A DNA stretch of 64,000 bases, from positions 7,844,483-7,908,482 of the forward strand of contig SMSO01000032.1 of assembly GCA_004764695.1 (NCBI GenBank), written 5' to 3'. Within the stretch, counting starts at the first letter, position 1; each line of letters starts with the position of its first letter. This DNA comes from Schizochytrium sp. TIO01 (lineage: Eukaryota > Protista > Bigyra: Labyrinthulomycetes). A program made the position numbers and the translations under genes. The notes below the pieces were generated by a model. It was given only the letters and a program-made list of their open reading frames with translations, did no database searches and was not told the DNA's origin. Shown in pieces: positions 54,849 through 64,000 of this stretch.

Positions 54849-55967
54849 ATGTCTTCTCGTGAACACAAGCCTCCAAGGGGCAGGGGTTCGATGAAAACCA
54901 AAAGTGCAGTTTATGTATGCATGGCATTTGTGGAACGTCTTGGAAGCATGATTTGTCGCTCCCTTGGACCAGCTTTTATGATATTTGGCATGACACTTAT
55001 TGCCGTGGTCTGCTTTATAGCACTTTACTGGGACCCGCTGGTCCCGAAGACAGAGGTTCTTTGGAAGCGACTTCTCATCAATTGCGTAGGTATTTTTTTT
55101 GCGAGCAATGTGTACTTCAATTGGATTATGTGCGCACGGACTCATCCGGGGCGTCCGCCTCGAGATATTCCTCCTCCAACTAAGCATGACAGACTCGAGG
55201 CAGGCCTTCATCAACCAGGGGACCCAGAAGAAGTACTCATTAATACATCTGAAGACTCTCACATAACCCAACGACGTGTTTTACCTGGGGCTGATGGAGC
55301 CTACTCTATTACTCCAGATGGAAAACCTCATCGCTCTGGCTGGGGACATTGCCGCAAATGTGTAAACCCGAAACCTCCACGAACACATCACTGCAGCATT
55401 TGCGATAGCTGTATACTAGCAATGGATCATCACTGCCCATGGGTAGCCTCATGCGTCGGGTTTTTCAATTACCGCTACTTTTACCTCTTCCTCTTTCACC
55501 TCGTCTGTGCATGTACCTATGTGATCTGTGTGGGCACTTACTATTATGCCATATTTGATGTTTTCATGCCATTCTTTGGGTTTGCTCTCAAACCTAAGCC
55601 TTTGGAAGCTCAACGCCTCACACCACGAATAGGTTCAGGAACTAGCTTTGTAATTCTTATGTGCGCTGCTGTCGGTCCAGCCGTCGCTATACTTCTTGTG
55701 TTCCACACCTACCTAGTTGTCACAGCTCAGACAACCATTGAATTTTATGCGCGCCATGGCGGCCAGATTCGAGATCAATACTCCGGCAAACTTAACTTCA
55801 ACGAATACGACTTGGGTATGACCAAGAACTGGGAGCTGGTTTTTGGAAAGAGTAACTATCCCTTTGCATGGGCTAGACCTTCTTTCCGCAAACCTCCAGG
55901 AAACGGAATGTCTCGGCCTAAGGCAAAGAGCCTCCTTCTTAATTATTACAACGAACAGATTGTATAA
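54849..55967 (+). CDS. DHHC palmitoyl S-acyltransferase (ZDHHC16-like)
   Basis: CRKC...KPPRTHHCSICDSCILAMDHHCPWVASCVG, QTTIE and four TM segments. First ATG at 54849. Confidence 0.95.
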   Translation: MSSREHKPPRGRGSMKTKSAVYVCMAFVERLGSMICRSLGPAFMIFGMTLIAVVCFIALYWDPLVPKTEVLWKRLLINCVGIFFASNVYFNWIMCARTHPGRPPRDIPPPTKHDRLEAGLHQPGDPEEVLINTSEDSHITQRRVLPGADGAYSITPDGKPHRSGWGHCRKCVNPKPPRTHHCSICDSCILAMDHHCPWVASCVGFFNYRYFYLFLFHLVCACTYVICVGTYYYAIFDVFMPFFGFALKPKPLEAQRLTPRIGSGTSFVILMCAAVGPAVAILLVFHTYLVVTAQTTIEFYARHGGQIRDQYSGKLNFNEYDLGMTKNWELVFGKSNYPFAWARPSFRKPPGNGMSRPKAKSLLLNYYNEQIV

Positions 55968-58307
55968 AGAGCTTCAAGGTGGTTGTGATGAATGTGTCGA
56001 ACCTTTCGAAGAGTGACCAATGCTGCATATAGTTGCTACCTGTTAAGAAGCAGAGACATTAAACGAGCATATAGTGTTTGATGAAAGACAAGCCACACAT
56101 AGATGCGAGTACTAATTGCTTACCAACTCGTTTTGAAGACTGAAGCAGAAAGACAGCAAACTTCGTATCCTTGATTGAATGCAATTTGAATATTTCACCA
56201 TGTTCGCTGTTGAAAAATATTTTTCGTGCAACCTTATATTTTTGGAAAGAAATCAATCGCCTTGCGAGGATGCTGTGCTTTGGTTGACAATTTTGAGTAA
56301 GGGTGATTGCTTAAGGCATTATTTTCAGCAAAACTCTGACATATTTTGGGACATTGAGAACCTACCTTTGACTTGACAAAGGCACTTCGCTAGCTCAAAT
56401 GACTAATCAGAATCTATGCAAAAAACGAGTTCTGTCTGCTTCAGTAACTGTCCGAAGAGCATACAAACTTAACAACTCCTGTCTGATTTTAGTCTTATGA
56501 TTTTTTTCTGCTTTCTCGTTTCTCTCAAAATTACTACCAAACTTGCGGAAATGTTCCGTTTTGTATGAAGCTGAGACTTTTGCTACGGTCGTGCTGCGAA
56601 ACTTTGTCATCATCTTGGTTCATGGGGATGATCTAATCATGCACTTTTGGGTGTGTTAGAGGCTCATCGCCTAAAATTTCGAGAGTGCCTGGTCCCTATT
56701 TTGTAATTTGATATGTAGCAGGGCTGACTAGTCACCTTAAACTCCAAATTGAGGTTTATGGGACATACTCGACAAAAAGATGAGCTTCGTGTAGCATCGA
56801 ACTTAGTACTAGGTACCTAATACCGTTTACTCTTCGTCGCTGTTAGGACGATGATATGGCGGTGTTCTTGCTTCACGCTAGGTTGTTCTTCCTTCTTGTA
56901 GAAAAGTCAAAGCAAGTGCAACAAGAAGTGTGCAAGACGCTCCTAGTAGCACGTGCTTGGAGACAAGACATTGCAGAATGAATAGCCTCACATATGATTG
57001 TTAGCCAGTGGGAGAGTCTGAATCTATACAATCAATACATGCCGTGGAGTTGCAGTAGTTAATGTCAAGCATAGGACAATATCTCTGCTTACTATACTTC
57101 TCTGAATCTCTGGAAGCCGTGACCGCCATACACGACATCTTTTATTATGTTGTACACTGGGCATGGTAATTTGCACTATGCCCGTCATGATAGTATGACT
57201 ATCGCACCAATCTCATGATACTGGTTAAACGGAGTAAACTAAAGTAAAGATCTTGGAAAAGAGAGAACTTCTCAACAACCATGGAAGGAAGCCACTGCTG
57301 CTTTGAGATATGTGCGCCTCACTGAGGTTCCTTTCTCACCATTACCAAAGCCATCAAACTCTGAAGCGATAAGCTCGAGCAACTTGAAGCCGAAGTAGTT
57401 CCTGAAGAACTGCCATTTTCGAATAATAGGTAACACTACACGAATGATACCGCAGTAGGTACCTACCCAAGAATCTCTATCACATAACTTGCTGCACCTC
57501 AACTAAGTAGATTTACCAAGAGCCTCCAATCGAATCGCGACAACAGCTATTGACAGTCAGAGAGTTTGTCTTCCTCGAAGCTTTTTGCCTACTGCCTAGC
57601 TAGAGCTGCGCTGCAGCATACGGTCGAGAGGTTCTTTTTAAGAAAGAACTCTAGAGGCACCTCTATCAGTAAGGTATCTACTGCTACCCATTGCCATTGT
57701 CATGAAGATAACAAATTGGAAAAAAGTGACCAACTTCCTTTCTCTTTGTTCCTACTTTTGATATCACGATCTTTGAACTTGAACTAAGGAAATAACTACG
57801 ACGATCCGACTCTTCAGGGATCACCACATCAACTACACCACAATTGCCGGTAGTGGCGAGTATCTCCACTTCGCCAAGGCCGCCTCAACCAAAGCAACTT
57901 GGATCAAAGGCAAGTCCTCTTGTTGAGTAAAATTCTGAAGAGGGCAAGCTGGCTTCAAGGATGCACTAAGAACTGAGGATCTCGAGCTAGGCAGTGCCTC
58001 GAAAAGTGGCAAGTGCGTTCATTACTCTACACGACGTGATGCCCGAGTGTGGACTAATCAAGAAACGCTGAAGTAGCTACGGTAGAAAGAGCTCTCCAGA
58101 AGTAGTTGTCCGGACCGGACCAGAATTCCAATTGGAGGGGAAAGAATAGCTGAGCAAAACCCCAACCCAATTGTTCTGCAAGCAAAGCTCCAAGCGAATA
58201 AACCTTTGACAGAACTGGGACGTGCGAAAGCATTCACCAAACTGCCATCTCTAGGCTAAAGAAAGCTTGATAGTTGGGGGATAAAGCTGGTTAAGAGCCA
58301 AGGTACA

Positions 58308-59039
58308 ATGTGGCATAGGCAAGTGTTCGTGACAGCTCTGGTAACCTTGATGACGGCAACCAGTGGTCTGGCTGAGTCGGCAACTAGACTTGGCGCCTCG
58401 GCGACGTCGCCTTCAACCTGGGCGCTCGAGTTTAGTCTGCCGTCTCGCGACCTTCAATCCCGGCCTGCGTCATGCAGCTATGGATGGAATGACGGCAGTT
58501 CGTCATGTTGCTCTACTCTCGGTTGCTCGTCGAGTGGTGACTGTTACGTTACAAGCACAACCTATTCTTGCGGATATCGCTATGGCATGAGCACAGGCGC
58601 ATTCTTTTTTATCATCATTTTCTGGGGTCTCTTCTTGCTGCTTTTCATTGGCCTTGTGGCTTATTTGCGAAAACGTGAAAGTCATTTGCCAAGTAACATG
58701 CGCACGCTGACATGCTGTACAATGTTTCTCTGGTTTCTTGCTACTCTCTTTTTTGGAGGTCTTGGGTTCTGTATTATGTTGTGCCTGATCATGGTCAGAA
58801 TGAATCGTAAGCGCCACAAGTTTGAGAAGATGCAGCATAAGGAGCACCAGGGTGCCTTTCAGAATGGTCAACCACAGCAGGAGAATTACCAATCCTATTA
58901 TCCCCAGCAACAACAACCGCCGCCGCCTTCTCAGCAGCAGCAGCAGCAGACAGACGTACCAATTGCCAGACCTGTGTCTAACGATGATAGCACAAACAAT
59001 GCCAATAATGGCAAGTACAAGGAAATGAGCATGGTGTAA
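58308..59039 (+). CDS. Signal-peptide membrane protein: 6-Cys mini-ectodomain, TM segments, Q/P-rich tail
   Basis: Signal peptide MWHRQVFVTALVTL; CSYG...CC...C...C...C; TM AFFFIIIFWGLFLLLFIGLVAYL; a second Cys-rich hydrophobic segment. Confidence 0.8.
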   Translation: MWHRQVFVTALVTLMTATSGLAESATRLGASATSPSTWALEFSLPSRDLQSRPASCSYGWNDGSSSCCSTLGCSSSGDCYVTSTTYSCGYRYGMSTGAFFFIIIFWGLFLLLFIGLVAYLRKRESHLPSNMRTLTCCTMFLWFLATLFFGGLGFCIMLCLIMVRMNRKRHKFEKMQHKEHQGAFQNGQPQQENYQSYYPQQQQPPPPSQQQQQQTDVPIARPVSNDDSTNNANNGKYKEMSMV

Positions 59040-60369
59040 ATGTTGATCTTTAGGCAGATATAATTATTCAAATTTCTCAGCAAATCTTTTGTATATTTCT
59101 TCTTTTTCGATGCTCTTTCTTATATATAATATGTATATAAATAGAGAGATATACATACGTATGTCCTCGCTTTTGGCGTGTGATCCAAGTTTTTCATTTC
59201 ATAAAACAAGGTACCCAAGCTTTTGTTCAGACTGGTGTGTCTCAGAGCATATCCAGAACTTTTCATAGTGCGCGATTGATCATTTCATCTTTAAACATTT
59301 CACATACTCCTCTGCACTACCGATGTGTAAGTAAAAGAAGGAAAATAGCCATTGTTACAATTTAATGTCAAGATCATATGATCTTTGAAGTGCCTTGAAA
59401 ACCTTTTTTCGTTCGTTGGTAATTAGAGCAGATCCGAACTTACGATTACTCTGCTGTGATACTCGCCGTGCGTTATTCGTTCATGTTGCTGTCTTGTCTT
59501 CGTGCAGTATAGAAAACAAGAAACAGGTATGCACCATCATTCGAGCACTGGCTAGAACCATTATGGCCAAAATAACCCAAACTACAGCTTATAAATACTT
59601 GCATCATGTTTCGAATTTTTTTTAAAACTAGATATAGCATATCAGTCGTGACACTGTATCTGGATTTCATTGAGTAAAATGCACTTAAACCTCTGAGCAG
59701 TGTTTGCATGGTCCAAGTACCATGAAGGAAGAAACTCTTCTCGTTGTTGCTTTTTTATAATTTGCGTGTAAAAGTACTACCTGCTACTAGCAACCTACTA
59801 TACTTGCTATGGATTCTATAACAATACATTATCTAGTTATTTAGTTATTTATTGAATCAACTTGTTGTATTGTTTTGTTGATGCATGTCCAAACCAGATT
59901 CGAACACGTCTAAGAAGCGAGCTCTGGCGCAGGTGGGCAACATTGTAAGCGATAGGTGGACCTGTCCGCCCACGGAGCAACCGTAGCGTCCTGGCAGCCT
60001 AGAGTGGCCGCATCAATAGTTCACAGTGCCAGCCTAGCAGGAGTACGCCCTTGCTTGCAGCAGGCTTCTTTTTAGTCTCGCCGCATTCGTCGCCGAGTCT
60101 GACGAAGGAATCTCACTCCGTGCCAAAACCTTGACATTACCAAGGCTTTGAGTCCGGGAACTTAATATCTAGATTGTCGCAGCTGCCAGAAGATAGTAGA
60201 AAACCAAATAAGTATTGACGAGACAAGAGGTTTTTGACTGTGCCGCATATACATTTATATATATAACTTTGGAGGCTTAATTGGGCACCTATAAACTGTG
60301 AGACCTCGATATCTTTGCGTGCAGCTTGGTGATAATTGTGTTATTGTTTATTTCTTGAGCACTGCCAAG

Positions 60370-62916
60370 ATGGCCATAGAAGATCCTCGAGGATGGAGAA
60401 TCCTTTTTTTATCGCTAGAGTTCGCCAATCCCGTATTTTCAGGGAATGGTGTTTACGCAAGGTCTATGGTGCGCATTTTGAGGGAAAGAGTGCACCCAAA
60501 AGGAGTCTCAACAAATGTAGATGATAGTGGAGTTCCAGCTAGTGTCATGGTGCTTTGTGGATGTCCACAAGGTCAGGTTATTGCCAGTCGCAGCAGAGAT
60601 TCCGGATCTGAGCAACCTCTATCACCATCAAGTGCAACGAGCACCTATGCACCCTCTTCTGCAGGTGTTCAGAGAGCTGCGACAACCAATGCCTCGCATT
60701 TGTCCTTAAATGGAAATGGAAATGGAAATGGAAAGCTCCCCCCCTTGGGAAATGGCAGCATGCAACGCAGAGGTAGCATTGACATTGACACCTTGCGTAG
60801 GCAACAGTCATCTTCCTCTTCTTCATCAAAGCAAAATGAGTCAGGTACCGGTGGCGGCGTCCTAGGTGTATCTAAAGGGGACCTTGAAGTTCGCCTTGTA
60901 ACTGTGCCTCAATGGTATAAGCTTGACCGATCCTCATCTTGGCAAGAATATGGACACGGTGTGACACAATACGCGGAAGAGGTCCGGGCCTTCAAGCCTG
61001 ATGTTGTTCTCTGCGTAGATTGGACCAGCACACTTGCCCTGCAGACATTGCGCGGACTAGACATATTAAATGAAGTGCCGAGCATATACTTAAATTTTCG
61101 AGTGTTCTCTTCTTCTACTGGAATATCTGAAGAAGATGCAGAATTCTATCGAGAAAGGGAAACCTTGGCTATGCAGACCTCTCATCTCACTCTTGCATTA
61201 TGTCAGAATGATGCTAATATCCTACAATCCCTTGTCAACAATGAATGCACAGTAGGTGTACTCAACCCACCCTTACGCGCTGACATGCGCACTCTTGCAC
61301 TTCGCCAGGCACGTGCATCGCGTGACGCGGCGCGGCAGCTTATTATGTATCGCAGAAGCCTGTCAAATGCGCGGAACAACCTGGGAGATATAAACGCAAG
61401 GGAGGATAGTTTAATGAGTGAGAGATTTGGCCCTCGTTCGCAAAGCCTTGATACAGCTCCTGATTATCGCTATCTTCGATCAGGTAAAAGTGAGCAAACC
61501 TCAGACACGATGCCGCATCATCCAAATGGCTCTATAAATAATGGGGGCCACCACTCATCACTCAATAGCAAAGTTACATCGACGATTCCCAGGATTGGAT
61601 CCTTTGGGTCTCGCGAAGATTTAAGCGGTGCTAACAGCGAGTCCTCTCGTGTGCAGCACGGCTTTGGTGGACCGCGACCCCTTGTACTGACTTATCTGAA
61701 AACCCGCAGAGCAAGTGTTGGTCACTATCGTCAGCGCCGTAATTACATCACATGTTGCTGCCGAATCTGTCCTGAAAAAAATGTGCAGACTTTTGTGAAG
61801 ATTATGGTGCAGCTGAAGGATTTCTTGAAAAAACATCACTATGTTCCATGCCTTGTTGGTCCTCCCACTGACGAAAAATTCGCCAATAAACTCTATCTGG
61901 AACTGGACCAAGCTTTTCCAGGTTCATCGTCCAAAGTGGTTCCTAAATTCATCCCTCCCCGGGAGCTTGGGGATATTTTTGGTCGTACAGTTCTCAATAT
62001 TCACCCGGCACTGTATGAAGCATATGGGATGACCATCGTGGAAGCTGGGGCTTTTGGGGCTCCTACACTTATGCATGGTCAGGGCGAAATTGGAGCCCAG
62101 GATCTGATGACTGTCCCTCGATGCGCAATTCTATCAGATATGACAAACGTCTCCTTGAGCGCAGCTGTTGTCAAATCTCTTCTTGACCCAAGTCGTTTAG
62201 ATATTCTCGAAAGTATCGGTGTTGAAGCATTTCGCACAGCAACATCATGGGATGATAAGGCATTCGCAAAGGGTTTAGCCTCGCATTTGGAATTGGCAGT
62301 GAATAACCGGTTTAAGTCTTTCCAATTGGCATCAAAATCTTCATTTCACACTAATGGAAATGGGAACATAAATGAGAGTTTGCCAACAGAGTTGTCCGCA
62401 AGCAACATTCGTGAAGAGAATACAAATGGCACTGGTAAGATCCATGTATCAGGGAAACCCATAGCTCTTCTGAGCAACTCCCGAAAACTTTCTTCTGAAG
62501 AAATTGAGGTGTGTTCAAGTGTATTGAACTGGGCAGAAGCAGCAGCTTTGTCCACTGGCAGGTCTGTCAATGCAGACCTGACCGAAGTAAGAAGTCTGAT
62601 AGAATCCCTCTGTCAACAAAATCCAGGCGAGTTGGCCTCTTCGATTGAGCAGGAGTACTTGCGCCTGTTAGATAAAGAGAGTGATGCACTTCGCCTTACG
62701 GAATCAACTACACCCACGTTTTCACAAGCAAAGGCAACCCTTCGCGCGCGCCTAGAGTCTGCAAAGTCCCCTTATTCTGGAGACTGGGCTCGATTTCTTA
62801 TTACTTTCGAATCAATTGCTAAGGTACGCTACCAGCTTGTTCCCTCTCGAATTCCAGAAGGAGCATTTTGGGCGATTCTGTTCATTTTTCTGAGAGAATC
62901 CGTACTGTCTCTTTAA
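60370..62916 (+). CDS. GT-B glycosyltransferase (GT4-like) with C-terminal BSD-like domain
   Basis: Motifs RILFLSLEF...SGNGVY, RICPEKN and PALYEAYGMTIVEA (EX7E); BSD-like VRYQLVPSRIPEGAFW. First ATG at 60370. Confidence 0.85.
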   Translation: MAIEDPRGWRILFLSLEFANPVFSGNGVYARSMVRILRERVHPKGVSTNVDDSGVPASVMVLCGCPQGQVIASRSRDSGSEQPLSPSSATSTYAPSSAGVQRAATTNASHLSLNGNGNGNGKLPPLGNGSMQRRGSIDIDTLRRQQSSSSSSSKQNESGTGGGVLGVSKGDLEVRLVTVPQWYKLDRSSSWQEYGHGVTQYAEEVRAFKPDVVLCVDWTSTLALQTLRGLDILNEVPSIYLNFRVFSSSTGISEEDAEFYRERETLAMQTSHLTLALCQNDANILQSLVNNECTVGVLNPPLRADMRTLALRQARASRDAARQLIMYRRSLSNARNNLGDINAREDSLMSERFGPRSQSLDTAPDYRYLRSGKSEQTSDTMPHHPNGSINNGGHHSSLNSKVTSTIPRIGSFGSREDLSGANSESSRVQHGFGGPRPLVLTYLKTRRASVGHYRQRRNYITCCCRICPEKNVQTFVKIMVQLKDFLKKHHYVPCLVGPPTDEKFANKLYLELDQAFPGSSSKVVPKFIPPRELGDIFGRTVLNIHPALYEAYGMTIVEAGAFGAPTLMHGQGEIGAQDLMTVPRCAILSDMTNVSLSAAVVKSLLDPSRLDILESIGVEAFRTATSWDDKAFAKGLASHLELAVNNRFKSFQLASKSSFHTNGNGNINESLPTELSASNIREENTNGTGKIHVSGKPIALLSNSRKLSSEEIEVCSSVLNWAEAAALSTGRSVNADLTEVRSLIESLCQQNPGELASSIEQEYLRLLDKESDALRLTESTTPTFSQAKATLRARLESAKSPYSGDWARFLITFESIAKVRYQLVPSRIPEGAFWAILFIFLRESVLSL

Positions 62917-63317
62917 ACACGCGAAGGACCTTGATGTGACCCACTGTCTCACATCCCACATATGTGCTACATAAAAATATGCATATGCTTCTACGCATTA
63001 AACTTCATATTATACTTTTTTTTGCGCTAAACCAGACAAATTCTTTGACGCACAGCAAAATTGCCTTTGTTATCTATTTTTTCTTTGTTTCCCAATTGCA
63101 CTTTTTATACGACCTTTGATTGGTACGGGTTTTAACTTGCACTTGGCTTTCCCTCATGTGAAACAAAGCTTATTTTATCGCCTCAATGGTCCGGCTCTTG
63201 AGTTTGATTTATATTTATAAAATTTTACCCCCTCTTCTGTAAACCTCCCTGTGCAGAGGATGCACAGCTCTTGGTACTAGTGCAATATTTTAGGGAAAAA
63301 AAATCCAGTCACTTTAA

Positions 63318-64000
63318 TCAACGAGCGAAAAAGCCGCCAAAACGACGTCGTAGAAAGCATCCCATCAGGGTTGTTGAAATAAGCATACACATACGAGGCG
63401 AAAGAAATCGGCCAAGAAGACCTTTGCGTGATAAGATGATTGTTGCTGCGAGCCACGTTAGAACCACCTGTAATGGATGCAAGTCAGGTTGCATCGGCTT
63501 ACGTTGAGAAACAATGAACGGTTTATCTTTGGCTCTTTCTTCCCCTTGCTTAATGGTCTGCTCGATGGCAGCGTTGACCTCGTCTGCGTATTGTTCGGCC
63601 ACGCCATGGCCTGCATCTCCATAATGAAGCCATCTGCCACATAATGCCTCTGCGAGCAAGCGTGAATTCCGATAGCCCACAAGAACATCTTGCTTGCCAC
63701 TGACGACAAGAATCTCAACCTGATAAGATCGCATACGCTCGAGGCGAGCCCAACTAATATGATGGGTTACAATAGCTGCGATTTGATGAAGAATACCAGA
63801 AAATCGGAACTCGGGTACTAAACCTGCTTCAATATACTTGCGGGAACGACGAATAAATAAGTATGCATAGTGATCTCGATTTGTAGTTAGACTTTGCGAA
63901 GGGGGATAGTCGCCATAATTGCGGTCTGAAGATGCTATTTCCTCCAGATGAATACGCGGAAAGAGTAACTCTAACCCGGCATTGACGATGTCAACTTCGC
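63318..64000 (-). CDS. Alpha/beta-hydrolase, 3' part only (5' end outside window)
   Basis: Frame is open to the window edge; ILVVSGKQD (catalytic Asp), DAGHG (catalytic His), hydrophobic C-terminal segments. Confidence 0.85.
   Translation of the reverse strand, partial: EVDIVNAGLELLFPRIHLEEIASSDRNYGDYPPSQSLTTNRDHYAYLFIRRSRKYIEAGLVPEFRFSGILHQIAAIVTHHISWARLERMRSYQVEILVVSGKQDVLVGYRNSRLLAEALCGRWLHYGDAGHGVAEQYADEVNAAIEQTIKQGEERAKDKPFIVSQRKPMQPDLHPLQVVLTWLAATIILSRKGLLGRFLSPRMCMLISTTLMGCFLRRRFGGFFAR

Noticed and set aside
59915-60075. GC-rich stretch ending in a T-run, considered as SRP RNA or another Pol III RNA
   Set aside because: No SRP helix-8 or convincing Alu-domain motif; more likely the promoter/5' UTR of the GT4 gene.

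Overview
Eukaryotic nuclear DNA with long, mostly single-exon genes and AT-richer intergenic spacers. The gene style fits an intron-poor protist, possibly a thraustochytrid-type stramenopile (inference only, not tested). I find about 17 protein-coding genes: a CAMK-group kinase with a mitochondrial-type presequence, NDP kinase (one GT-AG intron), two putative mitochondrial membrane proteins, a GH89 alpha-N-acetylglucosaminidase-like protein, Vps11, a membrane sulfotransferase-like protein, a 2244-aa CHD remodeller, a PH-like protein, a dual-specificity phosphatase, a membrane-anchored TTL-family ligase, a small 'MCPLR' membrane protein, an OTU deubiquitinase, a FANCE-like protein, a DHHC palmitoyltransferase, a Cys-rich membrane protein and a GT4-BSD fusion. 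An alpha/beta-hydrolase runs off the right edge. I saw no rRNA, tRNA, CRISPR array or intact mobile element, and no clear multi-gene novel system. The best leads are individual oddities: (1) a GH89 lacking its usual acid/base Glu; (2) a Vps11 that has lost 6 of 8 RING zinc ligands; (3) a CHD with a bromodomain nested inside chromodomain 2, plus ARID, a variant GATA finger, an upstream (GATA)26 tract, a 21-bp coding minisatellite and a decayed C-terminal relic; (4) a TTL ligase with a transmembrane anchor; (5) a probable mitochondrial kinase without a regulatory tail; (6) a duplicated, potentially structured ~130-nt non-coding element. All family calls are by-eye motif recognition; no searches were run.
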